Shown: positions 8,266-19,138, counted from the first letter of the stretch. The stretch: 47,870 nt of DNA from a bacterium (GCA_029932385.1 JAOZQE010000004.1:1-47870), one strand, 5' to 3'. Notes: generated from the letters alone by a model not told the origin. Numbers and translations are program-made.

Positions 8266-9645
8266 TTAGTTTGAAGACAGTTTTTTGTGATGTGAAAACC
8301 AAAAGTGGCGCAGATAAACAATTATGATTCCAAGAAATAAGCCTGAAACCAGTGCTAGGGCGACGGTTTTTATCTTGTTGGGTTTTGCTGGTTTCAAGGA
8401 TGCGAACGGGGGTCTGACAATATCAATCAGCGTCAGTCGTTCTTTGAACTTTTGAGTAAGAGTATTTTGCTGTTCCATCGACCTTATTTCACTATCGATT
8501 TCCAGTGAAGCTTGTAAGGTTAGTTCCTCGATTTTTTGTTCAATGATTGACTTTTTGGCGGAAATCTGTCGATCAATTTTATCCTTCAAGCTGGCGATTT
8601 TTAATTCCAGTTTTTCCTGTTCTTCTACGGATTGTTCTTTCTGCAGCCGATAGGAAATTAAATTATTTTGTATTGCGGTGATTTTTTGGGCAATCGTATC
8701 CATGTAAGCAATATTTTGTTGGACAATATTGGAAAGCAGCAGGAGCTGGATTTTGTCATCGTTACTAGAGTTGAGCAGTTGATTCCTCAATAAAATTATC
8801 TGATTGGTGTCATCCTCCAGTTTCTGGCTGTTATTTTCATGTTCAGTTATTGCTTGCTTGGCTACGGTTAATTTTTCTTGTAAAGAGATCAACTTTTTTT
8901 CATTAATCCTCTGCGTGAGTAGCAGATTATCGATCTCACTCTTCAGTTTTCTGGCTTCAACGTCTACAAGCGCAACTTGTTCCTTTTCTCCTCGGATTTG
9001 CAGAGAAACTTTTTTTCGTTTGACTTTGACTAACTGGATTTTTTCCAGGGTTGTGTTTATTGAATCTTCCATCTTTAACTGCTGTATCTGCAAAGTGCTG
9101 ATTTTCCCTTCGCCTGGATTTAATGCACGATAGTTGACGTTGCCGATGACCTTGATCAAAATCGCCTTTCCCTGTTCCCGGTTCGGCCAGAAGAGAGTGA
9201 CAATACCCTGCCTGCTATTTCTGGGATTGGTGAGCTTGATTTGGGGGCAGCGCTTGTCGCCACTCTCCTCCTGTCCGTAAAGTTCCGTAACGCTGGCCTC
9301 TATCAAGCCTTTTACCTCTTCAATCCCAAGAAAATTGAGGGGAAGACCTTTGATATTGATGATTGAATCGCTGGGTTTAACCTGTGCAGTGATTCGGTAC
9401 TGGGGTGTTTTGATGGATACGTAGGCCAGGGCAGCAGCGGTTGTAAGTGTAGTAATGACAATGATTAAAAATTTATTTCGCCATAACGGTAAGATTAGCT
9501 CAATAAGGTCAATTTCATCTTTGTTACCATATACGTTGCCGTTGTGTGAGGGCGGCATATTATTATCTGGTCGGTTTCGTTCTTTCATGAATGTATTCAC
9601 CGATAATGTAGATGATTTTAGACAGTTGATATCGGTCTCTATCAT
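8266..9645 (-). CDS. Polysaccharide chain-length determinant (Wzz/PCP family) protein
   Basis: Wzz-type N-terminus (DEIDLIELILPLWRNKFLIIVITTLTTAAALAYV = TM1), a long Q/E/K/L-rich coiled-coil periplasmic region and a C-terminal TM (VALALVSGLFLGIIIVYL). No tyrosine-kinase domain. The true start may be an internal Met. Confidence 0.7.
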   Translation of the reverse strand: MIETDINCLKSSTLSVNTFMKERNRPDNNMPPSHNGNVYGNKDEIDLIELILPLWRNKFLIIVITTLTTAAALAYVSIKTPQYRITAQVKPSDSIINIKGLPLNFLGIEEVKGLIEASVTELYGQEESGDKRCPQIKLTNPRNSRQGIVTLFWPNREQGKAILIKVIGNVNYRALNPGEGKISTLQIQQLKMEDSINTTLEKIQLVKVKRKKVSLQIRGEKEQVALVDVEARKLKSEIDNLLLTQRINEKKLISLQEKLTVAKQAITEHENNSQKLEDDTNQIILLRNQLLNSSNDDKIQLLLLSNIVQQNIAYMDTIAQKITAIQNNLISYRLQKEQSVEEQEKLELKIASLKDKIDRQISAKKSIIEQKIEELTLQASLEIDSEIRSMEQQNTLTQKFKERLTLIDIVRPPFASLKPAKPNKIKTVALALVSGLFLGIIIVYLRHFWFSHHKKLSSN

Positions 9646-9924
9646 AATCCGGTATATAGTTCAATTCAATGTTGTTGAATTATTTAGCTCAGGTTAGAGC
9701 TCGGGGAGAAATACGTTTTTATGGGATTGGTGTGTTGACTTTTCAATATGCCAAAAAATAATGTTCTGGATTCTGGATGAATCAGCAAGATAACAATTTT
9801 TAACTCTTTTTTCGTTGCTGCTTTACGCTATAATTACTTGACAAGAATCTCATAAACTCGTACAAAAGTAGGTTGGTTTCTATTTATATTTTCCCGGGTC
9901 ATTTGCTTTCGAGGTTTTATTGAT

Positions 9925-10488
9925 ATGACATCATACAAAGAAGAGTTGCTGAAACTTTTACATAGTCTCTCTTATGAGGAGCGGGCCGTAACCTTAACCT
10001 CGGGGAAGAAGAGCAACTTTTATGTTGATGGTAAACAGACGACCTGTCATGCCCGGGGTGCGTTTTTGACCGGGCAGCTTTTTTATGAAAGAATCAAGGC
10101 CTGTAATGTTTCTGTGAAAGGGGTCGGGGGTCTGACAATGGGGGCCGATCCGATTGTGGCCGCAATCAGTGTGGTTAGCATTCTCAAGGATGATCCTCTG
10201 CACGCTTTTCTGATCCGTAAAGAACCTAAAGGTCATGGGAAGCAGCTCTGGCTTGAAGGTGATAAAAATCTTCAAGCCGGTGATTCAGTGGCGATTGTTG
10301 AAGATGTTGTGACCAGCGGTGGCTCACTTTTGAAAGCGGTGGAAAGGGCTCAGGCCCATGATCTCAAGGTGGTGCAGGCTTTGACGTTGGTCGACCGGCT
10401 CGAAGGCGGAGCTGAGTTATTAGAGAAACACGGCTTTAAGCTCGAATCTCTTTTTACAATTAAGGACTTGAAATCATTTAAGGGTTAA
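9925..10488 (+). CDS. pyrE: Orotate phosphoribosyltransferase
   Basis: LTSGKKSNFYVDGK and the PRPP-binding loop VAIVEDVVTSGGS; 187 aa. Confidence 0.9.
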   Translation: MTSYKEELLKLLHSLSYEERAVTLTSGKKSNFYVDGKQTTCHARGAFLTGQLFYERIKACNVSVKGVGGLTMGADPIVAAISVVSILKDDPLHAFLIRKEPKGHGKQLWLEGDKNLQAGDSVAIVEDVVTSGGSLLKAVERAQAHDLKVVQALTLVDRLEGGAELLEKHGFKLESLFTIKDLKSFKG

Positions 10489-10527
10489 GGGGTTAAATCA
10501 GTTTCACCTCTTGACCGAGGATTGATT

Positions 10528-11451
10528 GTGATTAAAAACCGGGTGGTGATAGTCGATGCCGAGATTAAAATTCGCGAGAGTTTAATCCGGGTTGTCAAAC
10601 ATGAACACCTGGTTCCTGATGCCTATGCTGACGGGCGTGAGGCGTTTGAAGCTTTGCGGGAATACCATGATAATGTAGTTCTGGTGATCGCTGATATCCG
10701 GATGCCGAGCTTGAACGGACTTGAATTTATGCGGTCGGCAAATGCCGAGTTTCCCGGCATTCCTTTTATTGTGACTTCCGGGCACGGGACTAAAAAAGAG
10801 ATTATTCAGGCTCTGAAACAGGGAGCCCTGGATTACTTTGAAAAACCTTTCGGCCTGAAAGAGATCAGCGCTTCAATCCGTAAAGTGCGGCGCTTGGCAG
10901 ATGTGAGTTACAAGACTATTCAGGTCTACCGGAATCTGGTCGAAAAAAGGCTGGTTTTCAGAATTGCCAACGATATTACGCTGGTTCATCCTCTGGTTGG
11001 CGGGCTGATTGATGAGGTCAGGCTTGCCTGCCGGATTCCTCCGAGCCTGTTGCCGGGCCTGCAGATGGGTCTGCATGAATTGATTGTTAATGCAATTGAG
11101 CATGGTAATTTAGAGCTCGGTTCCGAACTGAAGGATCGCCGCAACTATCTTGAACTGCTTAAACGCCGGGCCCGTGAACCGCGTTTTTCCGACCGTCGGG
11201 TGATAATTGAGGTTGTGATTGTGCCCGGTTCTTTTACCTGTATGATACAGAATCAGGGGCCTGGTTTTGAATGGCGTTTTCTGCCTGATCCGACCGATCC
11301 TGAGAACCTTTTCAAGTCGCATGGCCGCGGGGTGATTATGGCAGGTAATTTTTTTGACGAGTTTTTCTATAGCGAATCCGGGAATCAGGTGACGGTACGT
11401 AAATTTTTTAAGGATAATAGCGTTGTCCAAGGATTCGAATCTAAGGGATAA
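10528..11451 (+). CDS. Response-regulator receiver fused to an RsbW/SpoIIAB-like HATPase (anti-sigma type Ser kinase) domain
   Basis: REC features are VVIVDAE, phospho-acceptor VIADIRMP and FEKPF. The C-terminal domain has the N-box ELIVNAIEHGN and the G-box-like GRGVIMAGNFFDE. The GTG at 10528 has GAGGA 6 nt upstream, while the track start TTG at 10522 abuts the RBS. Confidence 0.7.
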   Translation: MIKNRVVIVDAEIKIRESLIRVVKHEHLVPDAYADGREAFEALREYHDNVVLVIADIRMPSLNGLEFMRSANAEFPGIPFIVTSGHGTKKEIIQALKQGALDYFEKPFGLKEISASIRKVRRLADVSYKTIQVYRNLVEKRLVFRIANDITLVHPLVGGLIDEVRLACRIPPSLLPGLQMGLHELIVNAIEHGNLELGSELKDRRNYLELLKRRAREPRFSDRRVIIEVVIVPGSFTCMIQNQGPGFEWRFLPDPTDPENLFKSHGRGVIMAGNFFDEFFYSESGNQVTVRKFFKDNSVVQGFESKG

Positions 11452-11459
11452 AATTAGCG

Positions 11460-12680
11460 ATGAATAATAATTATAAATATGTTGTTCTTCTGGGTGACGG
11501 CATGGCGGACGAACCGCTGGCCGAACTTGGGGGGAAAACTCCGTTGATGGCCGCGAAAACCCCACATATGGATGCTCTGGCGAAAAAGTCAGAGCTGGGT
11601 ACGGCCGTAACCGTACCCGAGGGTTTTCCGGCGGGTAGTGATGTTGCCAATCTTTCAGTTTTCGGCTATGCACCGGCAAAATATTATACCGGCAGGGCTC
11701 CATTGGAGGCTGCCAGTATGGGGCTTGAACTGGGTCCGGATGATGTGGTTTTTCGTTGTAACCTGGTCAATATTCTCCACCATCAGGCCCGGGGTTTTAT
11801 GCACGATTTCAGTGCCGGTCATATTACTACCGAAGATGCTCATGAGATTATTGCGGCACTGAATAAAGAGCTGAAATCAGACCAGATTGAATTTTTTCCC
11901 GGCATCAGTTACCGTCATTTGCTGGTGATCAGAGATTGCCCCCGGGAACTGGCTGAAGTTGCATTGATGCCGCCACATGACATTATCGGCCAAGAGGTGG
12001 TGGATCATCTGCCGGATAATTTCGGCTCACCGTTGTTGCAGTTGATTATGTCGTCCCAGATGATAATTCATCAGTTGCCGAAGTTTCGCGAGCGTCTTGA
12101 TCGGGGAGAGGTGACGGCTAATTCTATCTGGCTTTGGGGTCAGGGAAAGAAGCCGCGGCTTGATCCGTTCTCGGAACTTTACGGTATCAAAGGTTCGGTT
12201 ATTTCAGCGGTTGATCTGATTAAGGGCATCGGCATTCTGGCCGGAATGGAGAGTATCGATGTGCCGGGGGCGACCGGTTACGTCGATACCAATTATGAAA
12301 ATAAGGCCGCCTACGCAATTGAGGCCTTAAAGAGCAGTGATTTCGTCTATCTTCATGTCGAAGCTCCGGATGAGTCTTCGCATGAGGGCAGTCTCGAGAA
12401 AAAACTGCAGGCCATAAGCGATCTTGACATTCGTCTGCTCGCCCCGCTGCTTAAGGGCTTGGATGAAAATTTTCCGGCTTACCGAATTCTGGTAATGCCC
12501 GATCATCCGACTCCGATTCGTCTGAAAACCCACACCTCTGAGCCGGTGCCGTTTATGATTTATGATAATTGCAAAGCTTACGCCGGATCAGAGGCGGGCT
12601 ATAACGAGCAGAGTGCCACAGCCGCAAATAATCATTTTGCAGAAGGCTGGCGCTTACAAAAACACTTTGTGGCGGCTTAA
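11460..12680 (+). CDS. apgM: Cofactor-independent phosphoglycerate mutase, archaeal-type (ApgM family)
   Basis: N-terminal YVVLLGDGMADEP and C-terminal YLHVEAPDESSHEG...MPDHPTP metal-binding motifs of the ApgM/alkaline-phosphatase superfamily. Confidence 0.75.
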   Translation: MNNNYKYVVLLGDGMADEPLAELGGKTPLMAAKTPHMDALAKKSELGTAVTVPEGFPAGSDVANLSVFGYAPAKYYTGRAPLEAASMGLELGPDDVVFRCNLVNILHHQARGFMHDFSAGHITTEDAHEIIAALNKELKSDQIEFFPGISYRHLLVIRDCPRELAEVALMPPHDIIGQEVVDHLPDNFGSPLLQLIMSSQMIIHQLPKFRERLDRGEVTANSIWLWGQGKKPRLDPFSELYGIKGSVISAVDLIKGIGILAGMESIDVPGATGYVDTNYENKAAYAIEALKSSDFVYLHVEAPDESSHEGSLEKKLQAISDLDIRLLAPLLKGLDENFPAYRILVMPDHPTPIRLKTHTSEPVPFMIYDNCKAYAGSEAGYNEQSATAANNHFAEGWRLQKHFVAA

Positions 12681-12703
12681 AATCTCGATCTGCTGCGTTG
12701 TTG

Positions 12704-12758
12704 TATTTTTTCAGGCACTCGACATACTTTATTGTATAGTCTCGCGCCTGAAAAAATA
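12704..12758. repeat. Long inverted repeat (13-bp perfect stem TATTTTTTCAGGC / GCCTGAAAAAATA) between apgM and pyrG
   Basis: Read directly. The T-run is in the 5' arm and the A-run in the 3' arm, so there is no trailing U-tract on either strand. Confidence 0.5.
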
Positions 12759-12826
12759 CACGCCTTGCATATCAAAATTTTACTTTGCCACTAATTTGTG
12801 AAAACATTTTTACTGATTTGGAGTAG

Positions 12827-14476
<1,650 letters not shown>

Positions 14477-14501
14477 GTTTGTTGTGCTGAGAGTTCATGT
14501 T

Positions 14502-14531
14502 TTGTTCCGTAAGAAGAGAAGTTGATATAAT
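14502..14531 (+). promoter_or_regulatory. Candidate sigma-70 promoter for kdsA (TTGTTC-18 nt-TATAAT)
   Basis: -35 TTGTTC at 14502-14507 and -10 TATAAT at 14526-14531, about 40 nt upstream of the kdsA ATG. Confidence 0.3.
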
Positions 14532-14572
14532 TTGTGTTCAGTCTAGAGTTTTAAATGAGTTAAGGAACTTAG

Positions 14573-15391
14573 ATGATGAATTCGGTAAAAATCAACGATA
14601 ATATTACGATCGGCCGGCCCCGATATCCTCTGGCTCTGATTGCCGGCCCCTGTGTTCTGGAGAGCCGGGAGCTGGCCTTTGCGGTTGCCGGAGCAGTTGC
14701 TGAAATTTGCCGGAAACTGAGTGTTCCCTACATTTTCAAAGGCTCTTTTGACAAAGCCAACCGCAGCAGTATTAACGCGTTCCGCGGCCCCGGCCTGGAG
14801 GCTGGACTCGAGATATTAGCCGCGGTTAAAGCGGAGTTTAACCTGCCGGTGACCACCGATGTTCACACGATTGAACAAGTAGAAGCTGCGGCCGCAGTCG
14901 TTGATATTATTCAGATTCCCGCCTTTTTATGTCGGCAGACCGACCTTCTTCTGGCCGCCGGCGAGAGCGGCCGGGTGGTGAATGTGAAAAAAGGTCAGTT
15001 TATGGCACCTCGGGATATGCGTCATGTGGTCGGTAAAGTCGCTACAACCGGGAACCGGAAGATCATTTTGACCGAGCGCGGTACGACCTTTGGTTACAAC
15101 AATCTGGTGGTCGACTTTCGTTCATTGCCGTTGATGCGCGCCTGTGGCACACCGGTTATATTTGATGCGACCCATTCAGTCCAGCTACCGGCGGCCCAGG
15201 GCGATTCGTCCGGAGGTGACCGGGCTATGATTCCAACTTTGGCGGCCGCCGCCGTCAGCGCCGGGGCGGATGCTCTTTTTATGGAAGTTCATCCCGACCC
15301 TGATAATGCTCTTTGCGATGGTGCCAATTCTCTACCTCTAACCGAGCTTGAATTCCTGCTCAGACGTCTGGTGGCGTTGAGCGAGGTTTAG
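14573..15391 (+). CDS. kdsA: 3-deoxy-8-phosphooctulonate (KDO-8-P) synthase
   Basis: GPCVLES, FKGSFDKANRSS and DATHSVQLP motifs; 272 aa. Confidence 0.9.
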   Translation: MMNSVKINDNITIGRPRYPLALIAGPCVLESRELAFAVAGAVAEICRKLSVPYIFKGSFDKANRSSINAFRGPGLEAGLEILAAVKAEFNLPVTTDVHTIEQVEAAAAVVDIIQIPAFLCRQTDLLLAAGESGRVVNVKKGQFMAPRDMRHVVGKVATTGNRKIILTERGTTFGYNNLVVDFRSLPLMRACGTPVIFDATHSVQLPAAQGDSSGGDRAMIPTLAAAAVSAGADALFMEVHPDPDNALCDGANSLPLTELEFLLRRLVALSEV

Positions 15392-15494
15392 TGACTTACA
15401 GAACATTTTCTTGTTTTTTAAGACAAGACACTCAAGAAAATGTTCTGAAAAAAGCACTTATCTGTGGGCAACACCCGAATTAATTGAGAAATTT

Positions 15495-16487
15495 ATGCTG
15501 AATGAGCAACAAATTATTGCTGAAGGCCAGCGTACAATAGCGGTTGAAGCAGAGTCACTTAAAGATCTGGGTCAGCGGCTGGATCAGAATTTTGCCCGGG
15601 CGGTAAAGATGCTTTCCGTATGTCAGGGCAAGGTTGTGGTGACCGGGGTCGGCAAATCGGGAATTATCTGCAGAAAGATTGCCGCAACTCTGGCCAGTAC
15701 CGGAACCCCGGCTCTGTTTCTCCACCCGACCGAGGGTCTGCATGGTGATCTCGGGGTTTTGGCAAAACAGGATTTAGTGATTGCCATCTCTTACAGCGGC
15801 ACGACTGAAGAGTTGACCAAGATTATTCCGGCGGTTAAACGGCAGGGTCTGCCGCTGTTAGCATTGACTGGAAATATGGATTCAGAACTTGCCCAGAGCA
15901 GTGATCTGACCCTCGATATCTCCGTAAATCAAGAAGCCTGTCCACTTGGTCTGGCCCCGACGACAAGTACGACTGTGACCGTAGCTTTGGGTGACGCGTT
16001 AGCCGCGGCTCTTCTGGCACTTAAAGGTTTCAGCGCCGATGATTTTGCCTTGCGTCATCCTGGTGGGGCCTTAGGCCGGCGCCTGCTGCTACGGGTGGCG
16101 GATGTGATGCATGAGGGGGTGCAAATTCCTTTGGTCACAGCATCTGTTTCAGTTAAAGACGCCCTTTTCGAAATGACTGGAAAAGGTCTGGGTGTGACCG
16201 GGATTTGTGATAAAACGGGCGGCCTTGTCGGAGTTTTGACCGATGGTGACCTGCGGCGCCTGCTGGCGGACTATCAGAACCCACTGGCTTTGCCGGTGGT
16301 TGAAGTGATGACGGGAAACCCGAAATCAATTTCCTCGATCGAATTGGCCGCCAGTGCTCTGAAGATTATGGAAGATGCTAAAATAACATCACTTTTTGTC
16401 ATTGATAACCCGGTTTCAGGAGATTATGCGTCGCAACCTGTTGGAATTATTCACCTCCACGATCTTCTCCGGGCCGGAGTAGTTTAA
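15495..16487 (+). CDS. kdsD: Arabinose-5-phosphate isomerase (SIS domain plus tandem CBS)
   Basis: SIS motif VVVTGVGKSGIICRKIAATLASTGTP and a C-terminal CBS pair. I chose the ATG at 15495, which gives the usual length of about 330 aa. The track ORF begins 28 codons upstream at a TTG. Confidence 0.85.
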   Translation: MLNEQQIIAEGQRTIAVEAESLKDLGQRLDQNFARAVKMLSVCQGKVVVTGVGKSGIICRKIAATLASTGTPALFLHPTEGLHGDLGVLAKQDLVIAISYSGTTEELTKIIPAVKRQGLPLLALTGNMDSELAQSSDLTLDISVNQEACPLGLAPTTSTTVTVALGDALAAALLALKGFSADDFALRHPGGALGRRLLLRVADVMHEGVQIPLVTASVSVKDALFEMTGKGLGVTGICDKTGGLVGVLTDGDLRRLLADYQNPLALPVVEVMTGNPKSISSIELAASALKIMEDAKITSLFVIDNPVSGDYASQPVGIIHLHDLLRAGVV

Positions 16488-16515
16488 CCGGAAGGAAGTA
16501 GTTTAAGAAGGTATT

Positions 16516-17052
16516 ATGTCTCCAATTTCTGAGATTTCAGCGAAAATTATGCCGCTTAAGGCCTTGATTATGGATGTCGACGGAGTCTTAACCGACGGTC
16601 GGGTGATCATCGATAGTAACGGAGTTGAGAGTAAGCAGTTTGATGTTCGGGACGGGCATGGTCTGAAAATGCTGCAACGCAGTGGCTTAACATTGGCCCT
16701 TTTGACCGGCCGCCGGTCGCCGGTTGTGAGCTATCGGGCGGCGGAATTAGGAATTGATATTGTTTTCCAGCGCTGTCATGATAAGCTGGCGGCATACAAT
16801 CAGATTAAACAGCGGCTTAAGCTTGAAGATTGTGAAATTGCTTATGTCGGTGATGATGTGATTGATCTCCCGGTTTTGCGTCGGGTAGGTTTTGCCGCCA
16901 CGGTTGCAGATGCTAACCCCGAACTTGAAGCCCATGTCGACTGGCAGTCGACCCGGCCCGGCGGCCGCGGTGCCGTGCGTGAACTTAGCCAATTGATTAT
17001 GCAGGTTCAGGGTACCTGGAATCAGGTGATGGCCAGATATCTTGATCGTTGA
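16516..17052 (+). CDS. kdsC: KDO-8-phosphate phosphatase (HAD family)
   Basis: HAD motif I LIMDVDGVLTDG, and YVGDDVIDLP; 178 aa; located after kdsD. Confidence 0.85.
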   Translation: MSPISEISAKIMPLKALIMDVDGVLTDGRVIIDSNGVESKQFDVRDGHGLKMLQRSGLTLALLTGRRSPVVSYRAAELGIDIVFQRCHDKLAAYNQIKQRLKLEDCEIAYVGDDVIDLPVLRRVGFAATVADANPELEAHVDWQSTRPGGRGAVRELSQLIMQVQGTWNQVMARYLDR

Positions 17053-17147
17053 GTGGCTGCCGGCTACAGCTCAAGCTCGATTGGGGTTAATTATTTGGTT
17101 TGAATAAGAACCTTTTTGAGGTTCAAGTTTGTACGGATTGAGTCAAT

Positions 17148-17795
17148 TTGAAAAAGATTTTTATCATAGCGTTGCTGTTGATTGTCTTTACCGGCGGCGG
17201 TTACTATTTTGTGCAGCAGGTTCTGCGCGATCCCGCGCGCTTGGTTAAAGCTCTGCCTGAAGTTGTCAAACAACTGGAATTTGAACTTGATAATGTGCGC
17301 TATGGTCATACCCGTTCCGGGGTGAAAAAGTGGGAGCTGAGTACCCAGAAAGCTAAACGAATAAAGGGCCAGGACAAAATTATTCTGGAAGGAGTAACGG
17401 CTCGGATCTATGCTGACGGTAAATTGGAGAGTGATACCCGGATCGAGGCTGAAAATGGCTTTTACCGGGTTGAAAGTGGTGATATTGAACTTCAGGGTTC
17501 AGTTAAAATTATTAACCAGCAATTTCAGATTAAGACGGAACGTCTCAGTTATCAAGAGGCCAAAGAGGAAATTCTGGCTCCGGAAAGTCTGGTAGTTGAG
17601 AGTGAGAAGCTGACTATAAAAGCGAATCAGGCAACGATTGATTTGCGACAGCAGCAACTGCATTTTTCGGGTTCGGTTAAAGCTCGTATCCAGCTTGAAA
17701 AAATATCGGGTGCTGCAGAAAATGGCAGTAAAGATAAAAAGACTGGGCGTAAAGTGAAGCCCGAGGTTGATATTGAAAAATTCAAACCGCAATAG
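17148..17795 (+). CDS. lptC: LPS export system protein LptC
   Basis: Single N-terminal TM anchor (IFIIALLLIVFTGGGYYF) followed by a beta-jellyroll-sized domain. The position between kdsC and lptA is the conserved one. TTG start. Confidence 0.7.
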   Translation: MKKIFIIALLLIVFTGGGYYFVQQVLRDPARLVKALPEVVKQLEFELDNVRYGHTRSGVKKWELSTQKAKRIKGQDKIILEGVTARIYADGKLESDTRIEAENGFYRVESGDIELQGSVKIINQQFQIKTERLSYQEAKEEILAPESLVVESEKLTIKANQATIDLRQQQLHFSGSVKARIQLEKISGAAENGSKDKKTGRKVKPEVDIEKFKPQ

Positions 17796-17823
17796 AGACT
17801 TCCGGAGTTGCTGGAGGGAGAAG

Positions 17824-18363
17824 ATGTTTTTGTCTTTAAGAAGGGTTGGGGCAGGTTGTATCGTGCCGTTTTTACTGGTGCTGCTGTTAGGCGGGATGGT
17901 GTCGGCCGCGGAGAAGCCGGCTTTTCTCGGTGACAGCAAAGATCCTCTCGATATTGTTGCTGATAAACTTGATTTCGATCAAAAGAATCATATCGCAGTC
18001 TTCAGCGGTAATGTGGTGGTCACACAGGCTAAAACCACACTCGAGGCAGATAAGCTGCAGATATTTTTCGCTCAGGGTGCTGAGCAGGATCTGAAAGAGA
18101 TTGTGGCTACGGGAAAAAAAGTTGTGGTAAAAATGGAAGGGAAAAAAGCTTTGTGCCGGAAGATGCACTACTTTGCCGCCGGGCGGAAAATTGTCCTGAC
18201 CGGAGATCCCTCTCTTGATGACGGCAATAATGTGATCAGTGGAGAAGAGATTACTTTTTTTCTCGATGATGAACGCAGTGTGGTTAAGAGTGGTCGGCAG
18301 CGGCGGGTAAAAACGACAATCTTCCCCGGCCAGCATGGCGGTCTGGGTCGCAAAGCTCAATGA
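17824..18363 (+). CDS. lptA: LPS transport periplasmic protein LptA (OstA N-terminal family)
   Basis: Signal peptide MFLSLRRVGAGCIVPFLLVLLLGGMVSAAE, and DIVADKLDFDQKNHIAVFSGNVVV typical of OstA/LptA. ATG at 17824 follows GGAGGGAG. Confidence 0.8.
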   Translation: MFLSLRRVGAGCIVPFLLVLLLGGMVSAAEKPAFLGDSKDPLDIVADKLDFDQKNHIAVFSGNVVVTQAKTTLEADKLQIFFAQGAEQDLKEIVATGKKVVVKMEGKKALCRKMHYFAAGRKIVLTGDPSLDDGNNVISGEEITFFLDDERSVVKSGRQRRVKTTIFPGQHGGLGRKAQ

Positions 18364-19085
18364 GTTATCGTTTAGTAGTTGAGGAAGTTGTAAAAAGCTA
18401 TCAGGGCCGGCGGGTTGTTGACGGAGTCTCGATCGCTATTGATTCCGGAACCGTGGTCGGTCTGCTGGGGCCGAACGGCGCGGGGAAAACGACGACCTTT
18501 TATATGGTGGTAGGACTGATAAAACCGGATGCCGGTACCTTACTGCTTAACGATCATGACTTGACCGGAATGACCCTGCCGCAGCGGGCCCGGCGGGGAA
18601 TCAGTTATCTGCCGCAGGAGGCATCGGTTTTTCGGAAACTTTCTGTCGCTGACAACCTGTTGGCAATTATCCAGACACTAGGTCTCAGTCGATCCGAAGA
18701 GGAGCAGCGCCTTAATCGCATGTTGCAGCGTTTCGGTCTGGAGAAAATCAGGAAGAGTATGGGTTATACGGTCTCCGGAGGTGAGCGTCGACGGATTGAA
18801 ATTGCCCGGGCCTTAGTTTTAGAGCCTAAATTCATCCTTCTGGATGAGCCTTTCGCCGGGATTGATCCCCTTGCGGTTAATGATATTCAGCAAATTATTT
18901 CCGAGCTTAGAGCTGACGGCATCGGGGTTTTGATTTCAGATCATAATGTGAGAGAGACCCTTGGCATCTGTGATTACGCTTATATAATGGATCAAGGTGC
19001 CATTCTTGAGGAGGGTGACCCGCAGTCGGTTATTGCCAGCCCTAAAGCCCGCAAGATCTATCTCGGTGATAATTTCACCATGTGA
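18360..19085 (+). CDS. lptB: LPS export ABC transporter ATPase LptB
   Basis: Walker A GPNGAGKTT, signature SGGERRR, Walker B ILLDEP. ATGA overlap with lptA. Confidence 0.9.
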   Translation: MSYRLVVEEVVKSYQGRRVVDGVSIAIDSGTVVGLLGPNGAGKTTTFYMVVGLIKPDAGTLLLNDHDLTGMTLPQRARRGISYLPQEASVFRKLSVADNLLAIIQTLGLSRSEEEQRLNRMLQRFGLEKIRKSMGYTVSGGERRRIEIARALVLEPKFILLDEPFAGIDPLAVNDIQQIISELRADGIGVLISDHNVRETLGICDYAYIMDQGAILEEGDPQSVIASPKARKIYLGDNFTM

Positions 19086-19109
19086 AAACTACAGTATTAC
19101 ATTTTCCCC

Positions 19110-19138
19110 TTGTATTTCCTACCTTACTTTATTATACT
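19110..19138 (+). promoter_or_regulatory. Candidate sigma-70 promoter for rpoN (TTGTAT-17 nt-TATACT)
   Basis: Read directly in the 121-nt AT-rich lptB-rpoN spacer. Confidence 0.35.

Larger units (their letters stand above)
1450..9900. other. AT-rich surface-polysaccharide (O-antigen/EPS type) gene island; boundaries approximate
   Basis: By eye the base composition is roughly one-third G+C here against roughly one-half in the flanks, with many A/T runs. All six genes are on the minus strand and have Wzx/Wzy/Wzz-type content. Confidence 0.55.

Noticed and set aside
9838-9866. TTGACA-17 nt-TACAAA as a pyrE promoter, and TTGAAA-17 nt-CATAAA (minus strand, about 9718-9746) as a wzz promoter
   Set aside because: These are plausible hexamers, but the region is AT-rich, where such matches arise easily. 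There is no supporting conservation or TSS information, so they are not listed as features.
15411-15494. N-terminal extensions of track ORFs (kdsD 15411, lptA 17767, hpf 20799, EIIA-Man 23662, SDR 31054, Had-like 32594, polA 35109, acsE up to 43981)
   Set aside because: The extensions overlap upstream genes or terminators, lack family-typical sequence, and each has an internal ATG preceded by a good Shine-Dalgarno that gives the canonical protein length.
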